In this document: piece after piece, positions 1 to 7,866 of the stretch
How positions within the stretch are numbered: position 1 is the stretch's first letter
Layout: the number at the start of each line of letters is the position of its first letter
Source: a virus
Lineage: Duplodnaviria; Caudoviricetes
IMG/VR virus record: IMGVR_UViG_3300003972_000019
Coordinates: 1 to 42,655 of that record
Reading direction: 5' to 3' (one strand)
Length of the DNA: 42,655 nt
The notes under the pieces: generated by a model
What the model was told of the DNA's origin: nothing
What the model saw: only the letters and a program-made list of their open reading frames with translations
Database searches by the model: none
Made by a program: the position numbers and the translations under genes

Positions 1-22
1 CTCGGGGGCCTGGACCTCGGGA
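1..22. repeat. Terminal direct repeat (circular overlap), identical to 42634-42655
   Basis: ctcgggggcctggacctcggga occurs at both ends. Removing one copy joins ORF 900->1 in frame to 42633->42388. Confidence 0.9.
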
Positions 23-900
23 CCTGGGGCCTGGACCTCGGGGGCCCAGGGGGACGTGCCGGTCCAGCTCGCCAGCTCGTCGACGTGCCGGAGCACGCGC
101 AGCTCGGCGAGTAGCTGGGCCTGGGCCTGGGGGTCGTGGGCGATGTTGGACAGCCGCAGGGCGCGGTCGAACCGCTGCCGGGCGCGGCGGTCCGTCGATG
201 CCGGCACGCCGTCGACCACCATCCACGCCAGCCGCCGGGCGTGCCGCGCGCTGCGACGTTGGGCCGCGTCCCGCTCGTCGTCGCCCAGGCCCAGGTAGGA
301 CAGCCCCTGCTGCAGCAGCTCGTTGCCGACGCGCGCCACCAGCCCGGTCCGCTGCGTGTCGGGGTTGCGGTGGCGCAGGTCCGCGCCCAGCGCCAGGTGC
401 AGGGAGACCAGGCCCAGCACCGGGCCCAGGCCCACGCGGGTGACGCCCACCCAGAAGTCGTCGGTGACCATCACGGCCATCACCGCGGCGAAGCCGGCCA
501 GCGACCAGGCGACCACGTTGTACGGGCCTTCGCCGGTGGTGCCCTTGCTCAGCACCTGCGCGCGCAGCACCCAGCCGCACGAGATCAGCGCGACTTCGAG
601 CACGGCGAACATCACCAGCCGCTCGGGCACGCTGTCGATGCCGATCCGGCTCTCGAAGAACCGCCAGCTGGTGTCGATGCTCAGGCCCAGGCTCATCAGG
701 GCCACCAGGTAGAAGCCGCCCGAGCCTGCCGGGGCCGGCTTCTGGTCCGGCGTCGCCCGGTGCTGCGTCCGGCGCCGGCCGCGCAGCACCCGCGCCGCCA
801 CCAGCACGGCCAGCAGGGCCGCTCCGAGGCCGGCCGCGAGCATGGCCAGCTCGGTGTGGTCCAGCCCGGCCACCGTTCGGATGATCTCGTCTGGGGTCAT
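1..900 (-). CDS. SpdB2-like multi-pass membrane spread protein, N-terminal 300 codons; continues across the junction (381 aa total)
   Basis: Translated by hand (absent from the ORF track): ATG at 900 after GAGAGAGG; MTPDEIIRTVAGLDHTELAMLAAGLGAALLAVLVAARVL...FYLVALMSLGLSIDTSWRFF...VMFAVLEVALISCGW...VVAWSLAGFAAVMAVMV. Several hydrophobic segments, no stop to base 1, directly upstream of traB on the circle. Confidence 0.7.
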   Translation of the reverse strand, partial: MTPDEIIRTVAGLDHTELAMLAAGLGAALLAVLVAARVLRGRRRTQHRATPDQKPAPAGSGGFYLVALMSLGLSIDTSWRFFESRIGIDSVPERLVMFAVLEVALISCGWVLRAQVLSKGTTGEGPYNVVAWSLAGFAAVMAVMVTDDFWVGVTRVGLGPVLGLVSLHLALGADLRHRNPDTQRTGLVARVGNELLQQGLSYLGLGDDERDAAQRRSARHARRLAWMVVDGVPASTDRRARQRFDRALRLSNIAHDPQAQAQLLAELRVLRHVDELASWTGTSPWAPEVQAPGPEVQAPE

Positions 901-948
901 CGTGCCTCTCTCGTGTTCGTGCAGGTCATCGGCTGGTCAGGGGTGCTC

Positions 949-1283
949 CGCTCCCCCACCGGCCGCTGCGTGGTGCGTGGCCCGCGTAGTGCGTGGCCGA
1001 GGGGGGAGCGTGGCGTGTCCGCCACAGGCGTGGGGGATCGGGTGCCGGGCGCCGCCGGGGTGGGGGAGCGCGGCACCCGCACGCCATCGGGCAGCGACCG
1101 CGCGCCCGGCCGGGCGCCACCGGGCACCGGGTGCCCCGGCCGCGACCCCGGCCGGGGCACCCGGGCGGCAGCCTCGGCCGGGCCCGGCCGCCCGGCCCCT
1201 CCCCGACCACGCACCCCCTGGCAAAAGGCCAGGTCAAGCGGCCAAGCAGGGGGTGCGGGCAAGGGGTGGCACCGCTCCCCCAC
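949..1283. repeat. Five copies of the 11-mer CGCTCCCCCAC in mixed orientation
   Basis: Exact at 949-959 (+), 1273-1283 (+) and 1060-1070 (-); variants at 1000-1010 (-) and 1030-1040 (-). Confidence 0.6.
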
Positions 1284-1495
1284 GCGGTCCACGCAGCGCG
1301 GTGCCGGCCACCGCGTCGAGCGGTGGCCGGCGGGGAAACGGGGGAGGGGCGTGCTGCGTGCTTGGCTGCTTGGCAGCTGGTCAGCCGCGCTTTGAGGGGT
1401 GCTTGGGGGGTGCGTGGTCGAGGGCCCGGGTACGCACCGGCCAAGCGGCACGCGCACCACGGCACGCACCGCTCCGGCCACGCCCCGGGCCCCGC

Positions 1496-1741
1496 TCATC
1501 CGCCCACCACGCCGGGCTGCGGCCGCTGGCCCGCCACCGCGGACAGGGTCCGGCAGTAGTCCTCGGCCGCGGCCCTGGCCTCGGCGGTGTCCGGGACCAC
1601 GGTGGTCACCTCACCGGCCGCGCCGCAGCTGGCCGCGGTGAACGCCGGCGGGGGAGGGGACTGCTCCGCGCCGGTCGGCTCCGACCGGGCCTGGGTGGCC
1701 AGGCCGATCACGACCGCCGCGAACAGGATCTTGCGCCACAC
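1496..1741 (-). CDS. Small secreted or membrane-anchored protein of the transfer operon
   Basis: GTG start after AGGAGG; signal-peptide-like MWRKILFAAVVIGLATQA; two Cys. Confidence 0.65.
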   Translation of the reverse strand: MWRKILFAAVVIGLATQARSEPTGAEQSPPPPAFTAASCGAAGEVTTVVPDTAEARAAAEDYCRTLSAVAGQRPQPGVVGG

Positions 1742-1750
1742 CGGTGCCTC

Positions 1751-2236
1751 CTACAGGGGTCCGTGGAATCGGGTTCGGGGCAGGGTGTCCGGCCAGGGCA
1801 CGGTGTCGATCAGCCGTGCCCGGCTGTCGCTGAACTCGCCGACGTAGGCGCGCGCCCAGTCCAGGACCTGCTCGTCGACCTGGGGGTCGAACCGCTGGGG
1901 AGGCTTGCCCGAGGTCCAGTTCTGCACGGCGTCGGCGATGGCGTGGCGACCGACCCTGGTCAGCGAGGTCCAGTTCTCGGCGATGGCGCGCGCCGCGTGC
2001 TGGTCCAGGCCGACCACCGGCAGCACGCCGAGGTAGACGTCCTGGACCAGCCACACCGTCATGACGCTGCGGGCCGCGCGCATGCCGCCGTCCTCCCGCA
2101 CCTCGGGGTAGGTCAGCGGGTGGAACAGGGCACGGCTGTTGAGCAGCCGGAAGGCCGGCACGGGGTGGAACAGGTGTTCTCCGAACGGCACCCAGACCAG
2201 GGTGTTGGCCGGGATGGTCTCGCGGCTGCTGTTCAC
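1751..2236 (-). CDS. Hypothetical protein (161 aa) in the transfer operon
   Basis: GTG at 2236 overlaps the upstream stop (GTGA); codon usage like the neighbouring genes. Confidence 0.65.
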   Translation of the reverse strand: MNSSRETIPANTLVWVPFGEHLFHPVPAFRLLNSRALFHPLTYPEVREDGGMRAARSVMTVWLVQDVYLGVLPVVGLDQHAARAIAENWTSLTRVGRHAIADAVQNWTSGKPPQRFDPQVDEQVLDWARAYVGEFSDSRARLIDTVPWPDTLPRTRFHGPL

Positions 2237-2475
2237 CGGCGCCGCTCCCCGCGCCGCTTGCGCCGGCGGGCACGGGCCCAGGGCGTGTAGATGGCCGGGG
2301 CGATCAGGCCCCAGGCCAGCAGGTCGAGGGCCAGCAGGTTGATGGCCTGCTTCTCGGTCCAGCCACCCCAGACCATCTGCGCCACCGGCAGCAGCACCAG
2401 CACGATCAGCACGAGCATGGACACCGCGACGAACCACTGGCGGAACCGCTCGTCGTCCCACTCTTCGGGGGTCAT
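2233..2475 (-). CDS. Small two-TM membrane protein (Spd-like)
   Basis: ATG after GAGGTGG; MTPEEWDDERFRQWFVAVSMLVLIVLVLLPVAQMVW...LLAWGLIAPAIY, with a basic C-terminal tail. Confidence 0.7.
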   Translation of the reverse strand: MTPEEWDDERFRQWFVAVSMLVLIVLVLLPVAQMVWGGWTEKQAINLLALDLLAWGLIAPAIYTPWARARRRKRRGERRR

Positions 2476-2637
2476 CGCGCCCACCTCGCGCTGCGGTCGA
2501 CCGCCGTACGGCGGACATCGACACCCCCTGAACCTGCTTGGATACGCATGGCGATCACGTCCTTCCCGACGTGTGAGCCAGGCCGTGTCCGGGGGTGCGA
2601 TCCCCGGACACGGCCCCTGCCTGGATCTTCCTGCGGT

Positions 2638-2684
2638 AGCTTGATCTGGGCTGGCCCAGATGTCAAGCTCTGGGTCAGCCCAGA
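2638..2684. promoter_or_regulatory. Divergent tra/kor promoter with two 16-bp palindromic operators
   Basis: TCTGGGCTGGCCCAGA (2645-2660) and TCTGGGTCAGCCCAGA (2669-2684) flank a minus-strand TTGACA (2666-2661); N17 spacer then CAAGCT (2643-2638). Confidence 0.7.
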
Positions 2685-2704
2685 CACCCGAGGAGGGGCA
2701 CCCC

Positions 2705-3526
2705 GTGGCAGAACCACTGCACCGCCAGGTCGCCGACGACCTGGACCACAAGATCGAGTCAGGCCAGTACCCGCCGGGCACGCAGCTGCCGTCCTACCGC
2801 GCCCTGCAGGAGCAGTACGGCATCGCCAAGTCCACCGTCGCCGAGGCGATGGCCGTGCTGCAGGCCCGCGGCCGCATCGTCGTGCGGCCGAAGTCCCGCG
2901 CCGTGGTGCGCGGGCCCGAGCCCCGGCAGCGCCTGATCGTCAGCGGCACCGTCCGACGCAACGAGCTGGGCTACCTGTTCAGCGACCCGGTGGGCCACTG
3001 GGTGCCGCTGGGCGCGCCCACCCGCGAGTACGTCGCCTGCCCCGAGGAAGTCGCCGAGCACCTCGGTGTGCCGGTGGGGGAGCGGGTGCTGGCCAGGCGC
3101 CGGGTGGGCGGTATCAGCGCGAAAGAGCCCATGCAGATCACCACCACCTACCTGCACCCGCTGCTGATCGAGCGGGTGCCGGTGGTGGCCGAGCGGGACA
3201 CCGGCCCCGGGGGCTGGCTGGACCGGCTCGAGGAACACCCCGAGTACGGCGGACCGGTGCGCGTGTTCAGCACCGCCTACGCCCGGGTGCCCACCGAGCA
3301 GGAGGCACTCGACCTGCGCATGCCGGTGTCCACGCCGGTGCTGGTCGAGGCGCGGAGGGTCTACCAGGCCGGCGCCGACCACGAGGTCGACCCGCCGGTG
3401 GCGGTCGACCTGGTCATCCGTGACGCCAAGAGCTGGGAACTGCGCCGGGAGATGGTGCGAGGGGAGTCGGCGACCTGGCCGGTCGAACCGGCCACCGCCC
3501 GCAACGTGCCCAGGTCACACACCTAA
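2705..3526 (+). CDS. GntR/HutC-family repressor with UTRA domain, KorSA/TraR/KorA-like transfer regulator
   Basis: GTG at 2705 after GAGGAGG; PLHRQVADDLDHKIESGQYPPGTQLPSYRALQEQYGIAKSTVAEAMAVLQARG is a GntR wHTH; UTRA-like C-terminus; divergent from the spd/tra operon. Confidence 0.9.
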   Translation: MAEPLHRQVADDLDHKIESGQYPPGTQLPSYRALQEQYGIAKSTVAEAMAVLQARGRIVVRPKSRAVVRGPEPRQRLIVSGTVRRNELGYLFSDPVGHWVPLGAPTREYVACPEEVAEHLGVPVGERVLARRRVGGISAKEPMQITTTYLHPLLIERVPVVAERDTGPGGWLDRLEEHPEYGGPVRVFSTAYARVPTEQEALDLRMPVSTPVLVEARRVYQAGADHEVDPPVAVDLVIRDAKSWELRREMVRGESATWPVEPATARNVPRSHT

Positions 3527-3675
3527 CACCGCGCGCGCGCGCACGCGGGCGAGCCTAGTTCCCAAGATCATCTTTGTCAGCATTACCGGGCGGTAGGCGT
3601 CCAAAACGGGGAAGCGCGATAACGACCCGCGCGTGTCGCGTGTGGACGCGCCGCACCCGGGTGAAGATGCCTGCA

Positions 3676-3975
3676 CCTGCCGGTCACCCGGCAGGCCGAA
3701 CGCCCCCGTAAGATCCCCCAAACGAAGCTGGGCGCCAGGACCGAGGTCCTGGCGCCCGAGCCCCAGGTCCGCGCTGATCACGCGGTCACCCGGGGAAGCT
3801 GAGGCGATGAGTAGCAGCTCACCGGCCTCGGTACGCCTGCCGACTGAAAGGAACCAGGCGTGGGCACGATGGTAGCGGCCCGCACCGACAGTGCGGGAGC
3901 GTTGCCGCCGTAGCCACGCCGGAATGCGTGGTCAACGTGCCCTTTTTCCCCCCCTTGGGCGAATCTCCTGCGCCC
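3676..3975. other. Hairpin-rich non-coding leader upstream of rep
   Basis: Stems at 3676-3695 (8 bp), 3730-3757 (13 bp perfect), 3833-3861, 3879-3897, 3914-3931 and 3957-3975. Confidence 0.5.
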
Positions 3976-4004
3976 GAATGCCACTTGACCTGGACTAACG
4001 CCGC

Positions 4005-5669
4005 ATGAGCGCGGCGAGTCGGTCGAGCGCGCAGCGCACGGACGGGCCGTGCGTGACCTGCCACGTGCGCGAGGGACGGCACCGCAACACCCGGCTGTAC
4101 GCCGTGGTGTGCGGGCCGTGCTGGTCGGCGCACGGCGGTCGCCCGGACGCCTGGGAGATGGGCCCGGACCCGCTGATCACCGCGCCGCTGCACTACCCCA
4201 CCGGTCAGCGGCACTGGCTCGATGCCCTGGCGCGCGCGGCCTGGGTCGAGGACGTCCGGGTGGACGGCCGCCGCAACGTGCTGGCCCTGGCGCGTGCCCT
4301 GGCGCTGAGCGCCGACTGGGACACGTTGGAGACCTGGCCCGGCTGGGACTACCTCATCGAGGCCACCGGCCTGTCCGAGACCAGCGTGCAGCGGTGGCTG
4401 CAGGAGCTGCGCGTGCGTGGCTGGCTGGTCGTGATCGAGACCGGCTCGACGCCGGCCACCAGGCCGATGGTGATGGCCACCAACGACGAGGCCGGGTTCC
4501 GGGTGAACGTCGGCGACGGCAACCGTAGGGCCGTCTACGCCCTGCGCATCCCGCTGTCCCCGGCCGAGGCCGCGGTCTGGGTGGCCCAGCGCATCGTCGA
4601 CCAGGCCCGCGCCGAGGTCGTCCGGGAAACCGCAGGTCAGCCTGCTTCTGTGGAGAAAAAGGGGCGACCTTCTTGGGATCTTTCCCGTAGGGAAAGATCC
4701 CAAGAAGCGGGTTTCGCGCGCGAGGGCCGCGCTGTGGACAAGCGAGGTCGACAAGCTGCGGTCGATCCGGTGGGGAAGGACGAAACGAGCGCCCTTCGGG
4801 CGCCGAGCTTTGACGACGAACAGCGCGAGATCTGGCGCTCGAAGTCGCCTACCAGCCGGTTCGAGATGCTGATTGCGGCCGCCTGGCTGCGCCGTCACGT
4901 CGCGATCTTCGGCCGGTTGACCAGGCGAGGTGTCCGGCGGCTGTGCGCGCCGCTGTGGGCCGCTGGGTGGTCGAATCTCGATGTGGTGCACGCCGTCGAC
5001 CACCAGCCCGGCGCGTTCGACCCGCGCGCCGGCGTGCCGGTCGGCCGGTCGCTGCCCGAGCACGCAGACAGCCGCGACGTGTGGCGGTGGCTGCAGGCCC
5101 GGCTGCGGGCCTGGGTCGGCAGCGACGGCAGGGTGCTGCCCGGGTTCCACCAGACCCAGGCCCGCCGGGTGGCCGCGCGCCGCCAGGTCGCCGAGCGGCA
5201 CGGCCGCGCCGCCGAGCGCGTGCTGGGCGAGCGGGACCTGGTGCTCACCCCCGAGCGCATCACCGCCTTCGGCCGCCGGGTGGCGCGCGAGCTGCGCCCG
5301 TCGACCCCGGCCCGGCCCGCACCGGCGCCGCAGTCGACGGCGCAGGCCCGCGCCGCCGCCCGCGCCGAGCTGGAACGCAACCTCGCCGACCAGGCCGCGG
5401 TGCGCTCGTTCGAGCAGCGCCAGGCCCGCGAGCAGGCCGCCAAGCGACGGGCCCTGGTCGACGCGCTGCGGCCCGAGCTGGACCAGGCGCGCGCCGAGCT
5501 GGCCCGCCGCACCGGCCACCAGGACGTGGTCGAGGTCGACCGCGCGGCCCTCGACGACTGGTTCGGGCTCACCCCGGAGCAGCGCCGGCAGCGCATCCGC
5601 GAGGGCAACATGCCCGCGGCACAGCCGAACAGGCCCAAGCGCGAACCGCGGCGGCGCCGCCGCCGCTGA
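4005..5669 (+). CDS. Putative plasmid replication initiator (actinobacterial HTH Rep)
   Basis: ALSADWDTLETWPGWDYLIEATGLSETSVQRWLQELRVRGWLVVIETG resembles the wHTH of actinobacterial theta Rep proteins; GNRRAVYALRIP follows; N-terminal CxxC...CxxC; adjacent to kor. Confidence 0.65.
   Translation: MSAASRSSAQRTDGPCVTCHVREGRHRNTRLYAVVCGPCWSAHGGRPDAWEMGPDPLITAPLHYPTGQRHWLDALARAAWVEDVRVDGRRNVLALARALALSADWDTLETWPGWDYLIEATGLSETSVQRWLQELRVRGWLVVIETGSTPATRPMVMATNDEAGFRVNVGDGNRRAVYALRIPLSPAEAAVWVAQRIVDQARAEVVRETAGQPASVEKKGRPSWDLSRRERSQEAGFAREGRAVDKRGRQAAVDPVGKDETSALRAPSFDDEQREIWRSKSPTSRFEMLIAAAWLRRHVAIFGRLTRRGVRRLCAPLWAAGWSNLDVVHAVDHQPGAFDPRAGVPVGRSLPEHADSRDVWRWLQARLRAWVGSDGRVLPGFHQTQARRVAARRQVAERHGRAAERVLGERDLVLTPERITAFGRRVARELRPSTPARPAPAPQSTAQARAAARAELERNLADQAAVRSFEQRQAREQAAKRRALVDALRPELDQARAELARRTGHQDVVEVDRAALDDWFGLTPEQRRQRIREGNMPAAQPNRPKREPRRRRRR
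4631..4741. promoter_or_regulatory. Candidate replication origin inside rep: 18-bp perfect inverted repeat between two DnaA-box-like 9-mers
   Basis: CTTCTTGGGATCTTTCCC-gta-GGGAAAGATCCCAAGAAG (4669-4707); TGTGGAGAA (4649-4657); TGTGGACAA (4733-4741, reverse complement TTGTCCACA); locally AT-richer. Confidence 0.6.
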
Positions 5670-5681
5670 GGTTCACCCGAA

Positions 5682-5723
5682 TGGGCAATGTTGCCAATCT
5701 TCGAACATTGGCAACATTGCCCA
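5682..5723. promoter_or_regulatory. Operator: 17-bp inverted repeat with 8-bp spacer, each arm itself near-palindromic
   Basis: TGGGCAATGTTGCCAAT-cttcgaac-ATTGGCAACATTGCCCA, ending 1 bp before the ATG at 5725. Confidence 0.75.
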
Positions 5724-5724
5724 C

Positions 5725-6051
5725 ATGAAGGAGATTCCCGCAACCCGTCTCGCACAGGCACCCGGTGCCGTTGTCGACACGGTCCTGGCCGAGGGCCCGA
5801 CGTGGCTCACCCGGTCCGGCCGCCCCGTCCTGGCCCTGGTGCCGCGCGACCGCTACGAGCTGCAGGAGTACGAGCGCGACACGCTTCGCGACTACCTGCG
5901 GCGCCTGGCGTTCGTCATCACCGGCGACATGCCCGACCGGGCCCTGCCCATCGCCGACCTGGTCCAGCTGGCCGAGGCCCTGCTGGACACCGCCGCCACC
6001 GTGACCGACCGCGCCGCGCGACCGGCCGCCACCACCGCCAAGGAGGCGTGA
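5725..6051 (+). CDS. Phd/YefM antitoxin-like DNA-binding protein
   Basis: MKEIPATRLAQAPGAVVDTVLAEGPTWLTRSGRPVLALVPRDRYE follows the Phd/YefM N-terminal pattern. Confidence 0.7.
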   Translation: MKEIPATRLAQAPGAVVDTVLAEGPTWLTRSGRPVLALVPRDRYELQEYERDTLRDYLRRLAFVITGDMPDRALPIADLVQLAEALLDTAATVTDRAARPAATTAKEA

Positions 6052-6510
6052 ATGCCCAGGACCATCGACCCGCTGGCCGTCGAGCTGGACGCCCTGGTCG
6101 CCAAGTGCGACGCCCGCCGCGCCGAGCTGCTGCGCAAGGCCACCGAGCGCATCGACACCCAGGTCGACGACCAGATGCGCAAGGCGGTGAACCGGCGGAT
6201 GAACAAGCTGGCCGAGCAGCACCGCCTGCCCGAGCTGCGCTGGACCCTGCGGCCCGGCATCGTGGCCGACGACGGCACGGTCCTGACGCGCGCCGAGGTC
6301 AACGGCCTGGTCCCCTCCTACAGTGATCCGGACCGGCACGACGTCGTGCGCCGGTGGGCCGACGCGCTCGGCCTGCACGGCCCCGTCGCCAAGAACGGCC
6401 TCGCCGGAGACAACGGCTTCCGCTACGCCGGCGAGTACCAGGGCATGCGGGTCAGGGTGTGGTGCGTGGACCGCCTGGAAGGCTTCGAGAAGCTGTCGGG
6501 GGGTGTGTGA
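6052..6510 (+). CDS. Hypothetical protein (152 aa)
   Basis: ATG after AAGGAGG, abutting the upstream stop; strong GC3 bias. Confidence 0.75.
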   Translation: MPRTIDPLAVELDALVAKCDARRAELLRKATERIDTQVDDQMRKAVNRRMNKLAEQHRLPELRWTLRPGIVADDGTVLTRAEVNGLVPSYSDPDRHDVVRRWADALGLHGPVAKNGLAGDNGFRYAGEYQGMRVRVWCVDRLEGFEKLSGGV

Positions 6511-6515
6511 TCGTG

Positions 6516-6977
6516 ATGCAGCACCGTCCGACCACCGACGAGCTGGTCGCCCGGCTGGCCGAAGCGTCGCGCCTGGTCCACGGGGTGGCCGGCGAGCAGG
6601 AGGCCGCGGCCGTGCCGCCACCCGTCGAGGAGCTGGCCGACCTCAACCGCGCCGCCGTCGAGCTGCTCGACGCGCTGCGCCCGGTGCTGCGGCACCTGAC
6701 CGCGGCCGCGCGGACCTGGGTGTCGGTGCCGGCCGGCGAGCCCGGCGCCCTGATGTGGAACAAGCGCCAGCCCGGCGGCACGTGGAAGGCCATCGACGTG
6801 GCCGAATGGCCGGACCTGATCCGGACCAAACTGCTGACCTCGGTGGCCGACTGGTGCACCGACGTCGACGACGACATGGACCTGGCGGTCGCACACGCCC
6901 GCGACCTCACCGAGCTGCTGGCCGTGCTGGCCCACCGCACGCCGGCGGCCGAGCCCGCCGAGGAGGTGACCCGGTGA
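6516..6977 (+). CDS. Hypothetical protein
   Basis: MQHRPTTDELVARLAEASRLV...; tightly packed operon. Confidence 0.7.
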   Translation: MQHRPTTDELVARLAEASRLVHGVAGEQEAAAVPPPVEELADLNRAAVELLDALRPVLRHLTAAARTWVSVPAGEPGALMWNKRQPGGTWKAIDVAEWPDLIRTKLLTSVADWCTDVDDDMDLAVAHARDLTELLAVLAHRTPAAEPAEEVTR

Positions 6978-7540
6978 AGCAGCCGCCCGAGCTGCCCGAG
7001 CAGCACTTCTGGCCCGCGCCGGACCGGCGTGACGAGGTGTGGCCGCGGCCGATGACCCGGGCGCAGCGCCAGGCCGCGCGCTACCGCGCGTCGAAGCTCA
7101 GGGACCGGCCCATCCCCAAGGGCTGGTGGCGCGACGAGGTCGAGGTGACCCTGACCAACGGGCGCACGATCCGCGCGCGGCTGCTGTACGGGGCGTGGGG
7201 GATGCTGCCGGTGCGGCCGCTGACCTGGGTCGAGCACGACCAGGTGCACCAGGCCGCCTATGAGGCAGACCCCTGGCGGTCCGCGTACTCGGGCAGCTAC
7301 CGCGGCTACATCCTGGGTGGCGTCTCGCCCTGGCCGGACGTGCTGGTGTGCAACTCGTGCGGGCGCGCCGAGGACGGCCGCAACCCCTACGTCACCGGCG
7401 GCAGGCCCGAGGGGTACCGGTCCTACCTCGACGAGCTGCTCGAGCGGCAGCGCGCGCACCTGGCCGCGCAGGCCGCGCCCCGGCCGCTGGCCGAGGTCGT
7501 GCCGTTCCCGGGCCGGAGCGGTTCCGGCGAGCCGGCGTAA
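6974..7540 (+). CDS. Hypothetical protein (CxxC near C-terminus)
   Basis: GTGA overlap with GAGGAGG RBS; VKQPPELPEQHFWPAPD...VLVCNSCG. Confidence 0.7.
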   Translation: MKQPPELPEQHFWPAPDRRDEVWPRPMTRAQRQAARYRASKLRDRPIPKGWWRDEVEVTLTNGRTIRARLLYGAWGMLPVRPLTWVEHDQVHQAAYEADPWRSAYSGSYRGYILGGVSPWPDVLVCNSCGRAEDGRNPYVTGGRPEGYRSYLDELLERQRAHLAAQAAPRPLAEVVPFPGRSGSGEPA

Positions 7541-7604
7541 CCGGCAGGTTGGCTCGGTCGTTGGTCCGGGTACCCGGTTGGCACGCGTGCCTGCCCCACA
7601 GGCG

Positions 7605-7637
7605 ACGGGCCCGCACTCCAGGGGAGTGCGGGCCCGT
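7605..7637 (+). terminator. Hairpin terminator after the early operon
   Basis: 15-bp perfect stem ACGGGCCCGCACTCC / GGAGTGCGGGCCCGT followed by TCT. Confidence 0.65.
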
Positions 7638-7692
7638 TCTGTCGCCGGACGCGGTCGCCTGCCCCACGCAGAAGCTACCGGCCGGTAACGCA

Positions 7693-7708
7693 TCGAACGC
7701 GTGTTCGC
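7693..7708. promoter_or_regulatory. Actinobacterial LexA (SOS) box
   Basis: TCGAAC-GCGT-GTTCGC versus consensus TCGAAC-N4-GTTCGA; one mismatch, at the outermost base; lies in an AT-richer intergenic region. Confidence 0.7.
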
Positions 7709-7866
7709 GGCGTACGTCTATCGTCCTACGGGGTCGTTGACGTTTCAATCTGCGTCGAATCGTTGTGGATCATCAGGCCAATGGCCTAAACCCGAACGGG
7801 TTTCTTGTCACGCTGCGTGTCGAAGTGCCAATGTCGACCACGTACAGCACCGGGGAGCGTGACTCA

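Noticed and set aside
2472-2549. 25-codon minus-strand ORF MRIQAGSGG... at the head of the transfer operon
   Set aside because: It has a plausible RBS and ATGA overlap but is too short to support without expression data.
5682-5723. 17-8-17 inverted repeat as a loxP-like site
   Set aside because: Each arm is itself palindromic and abuts a Phd-like start codon, which fits an operator better. Not strictly excluded.
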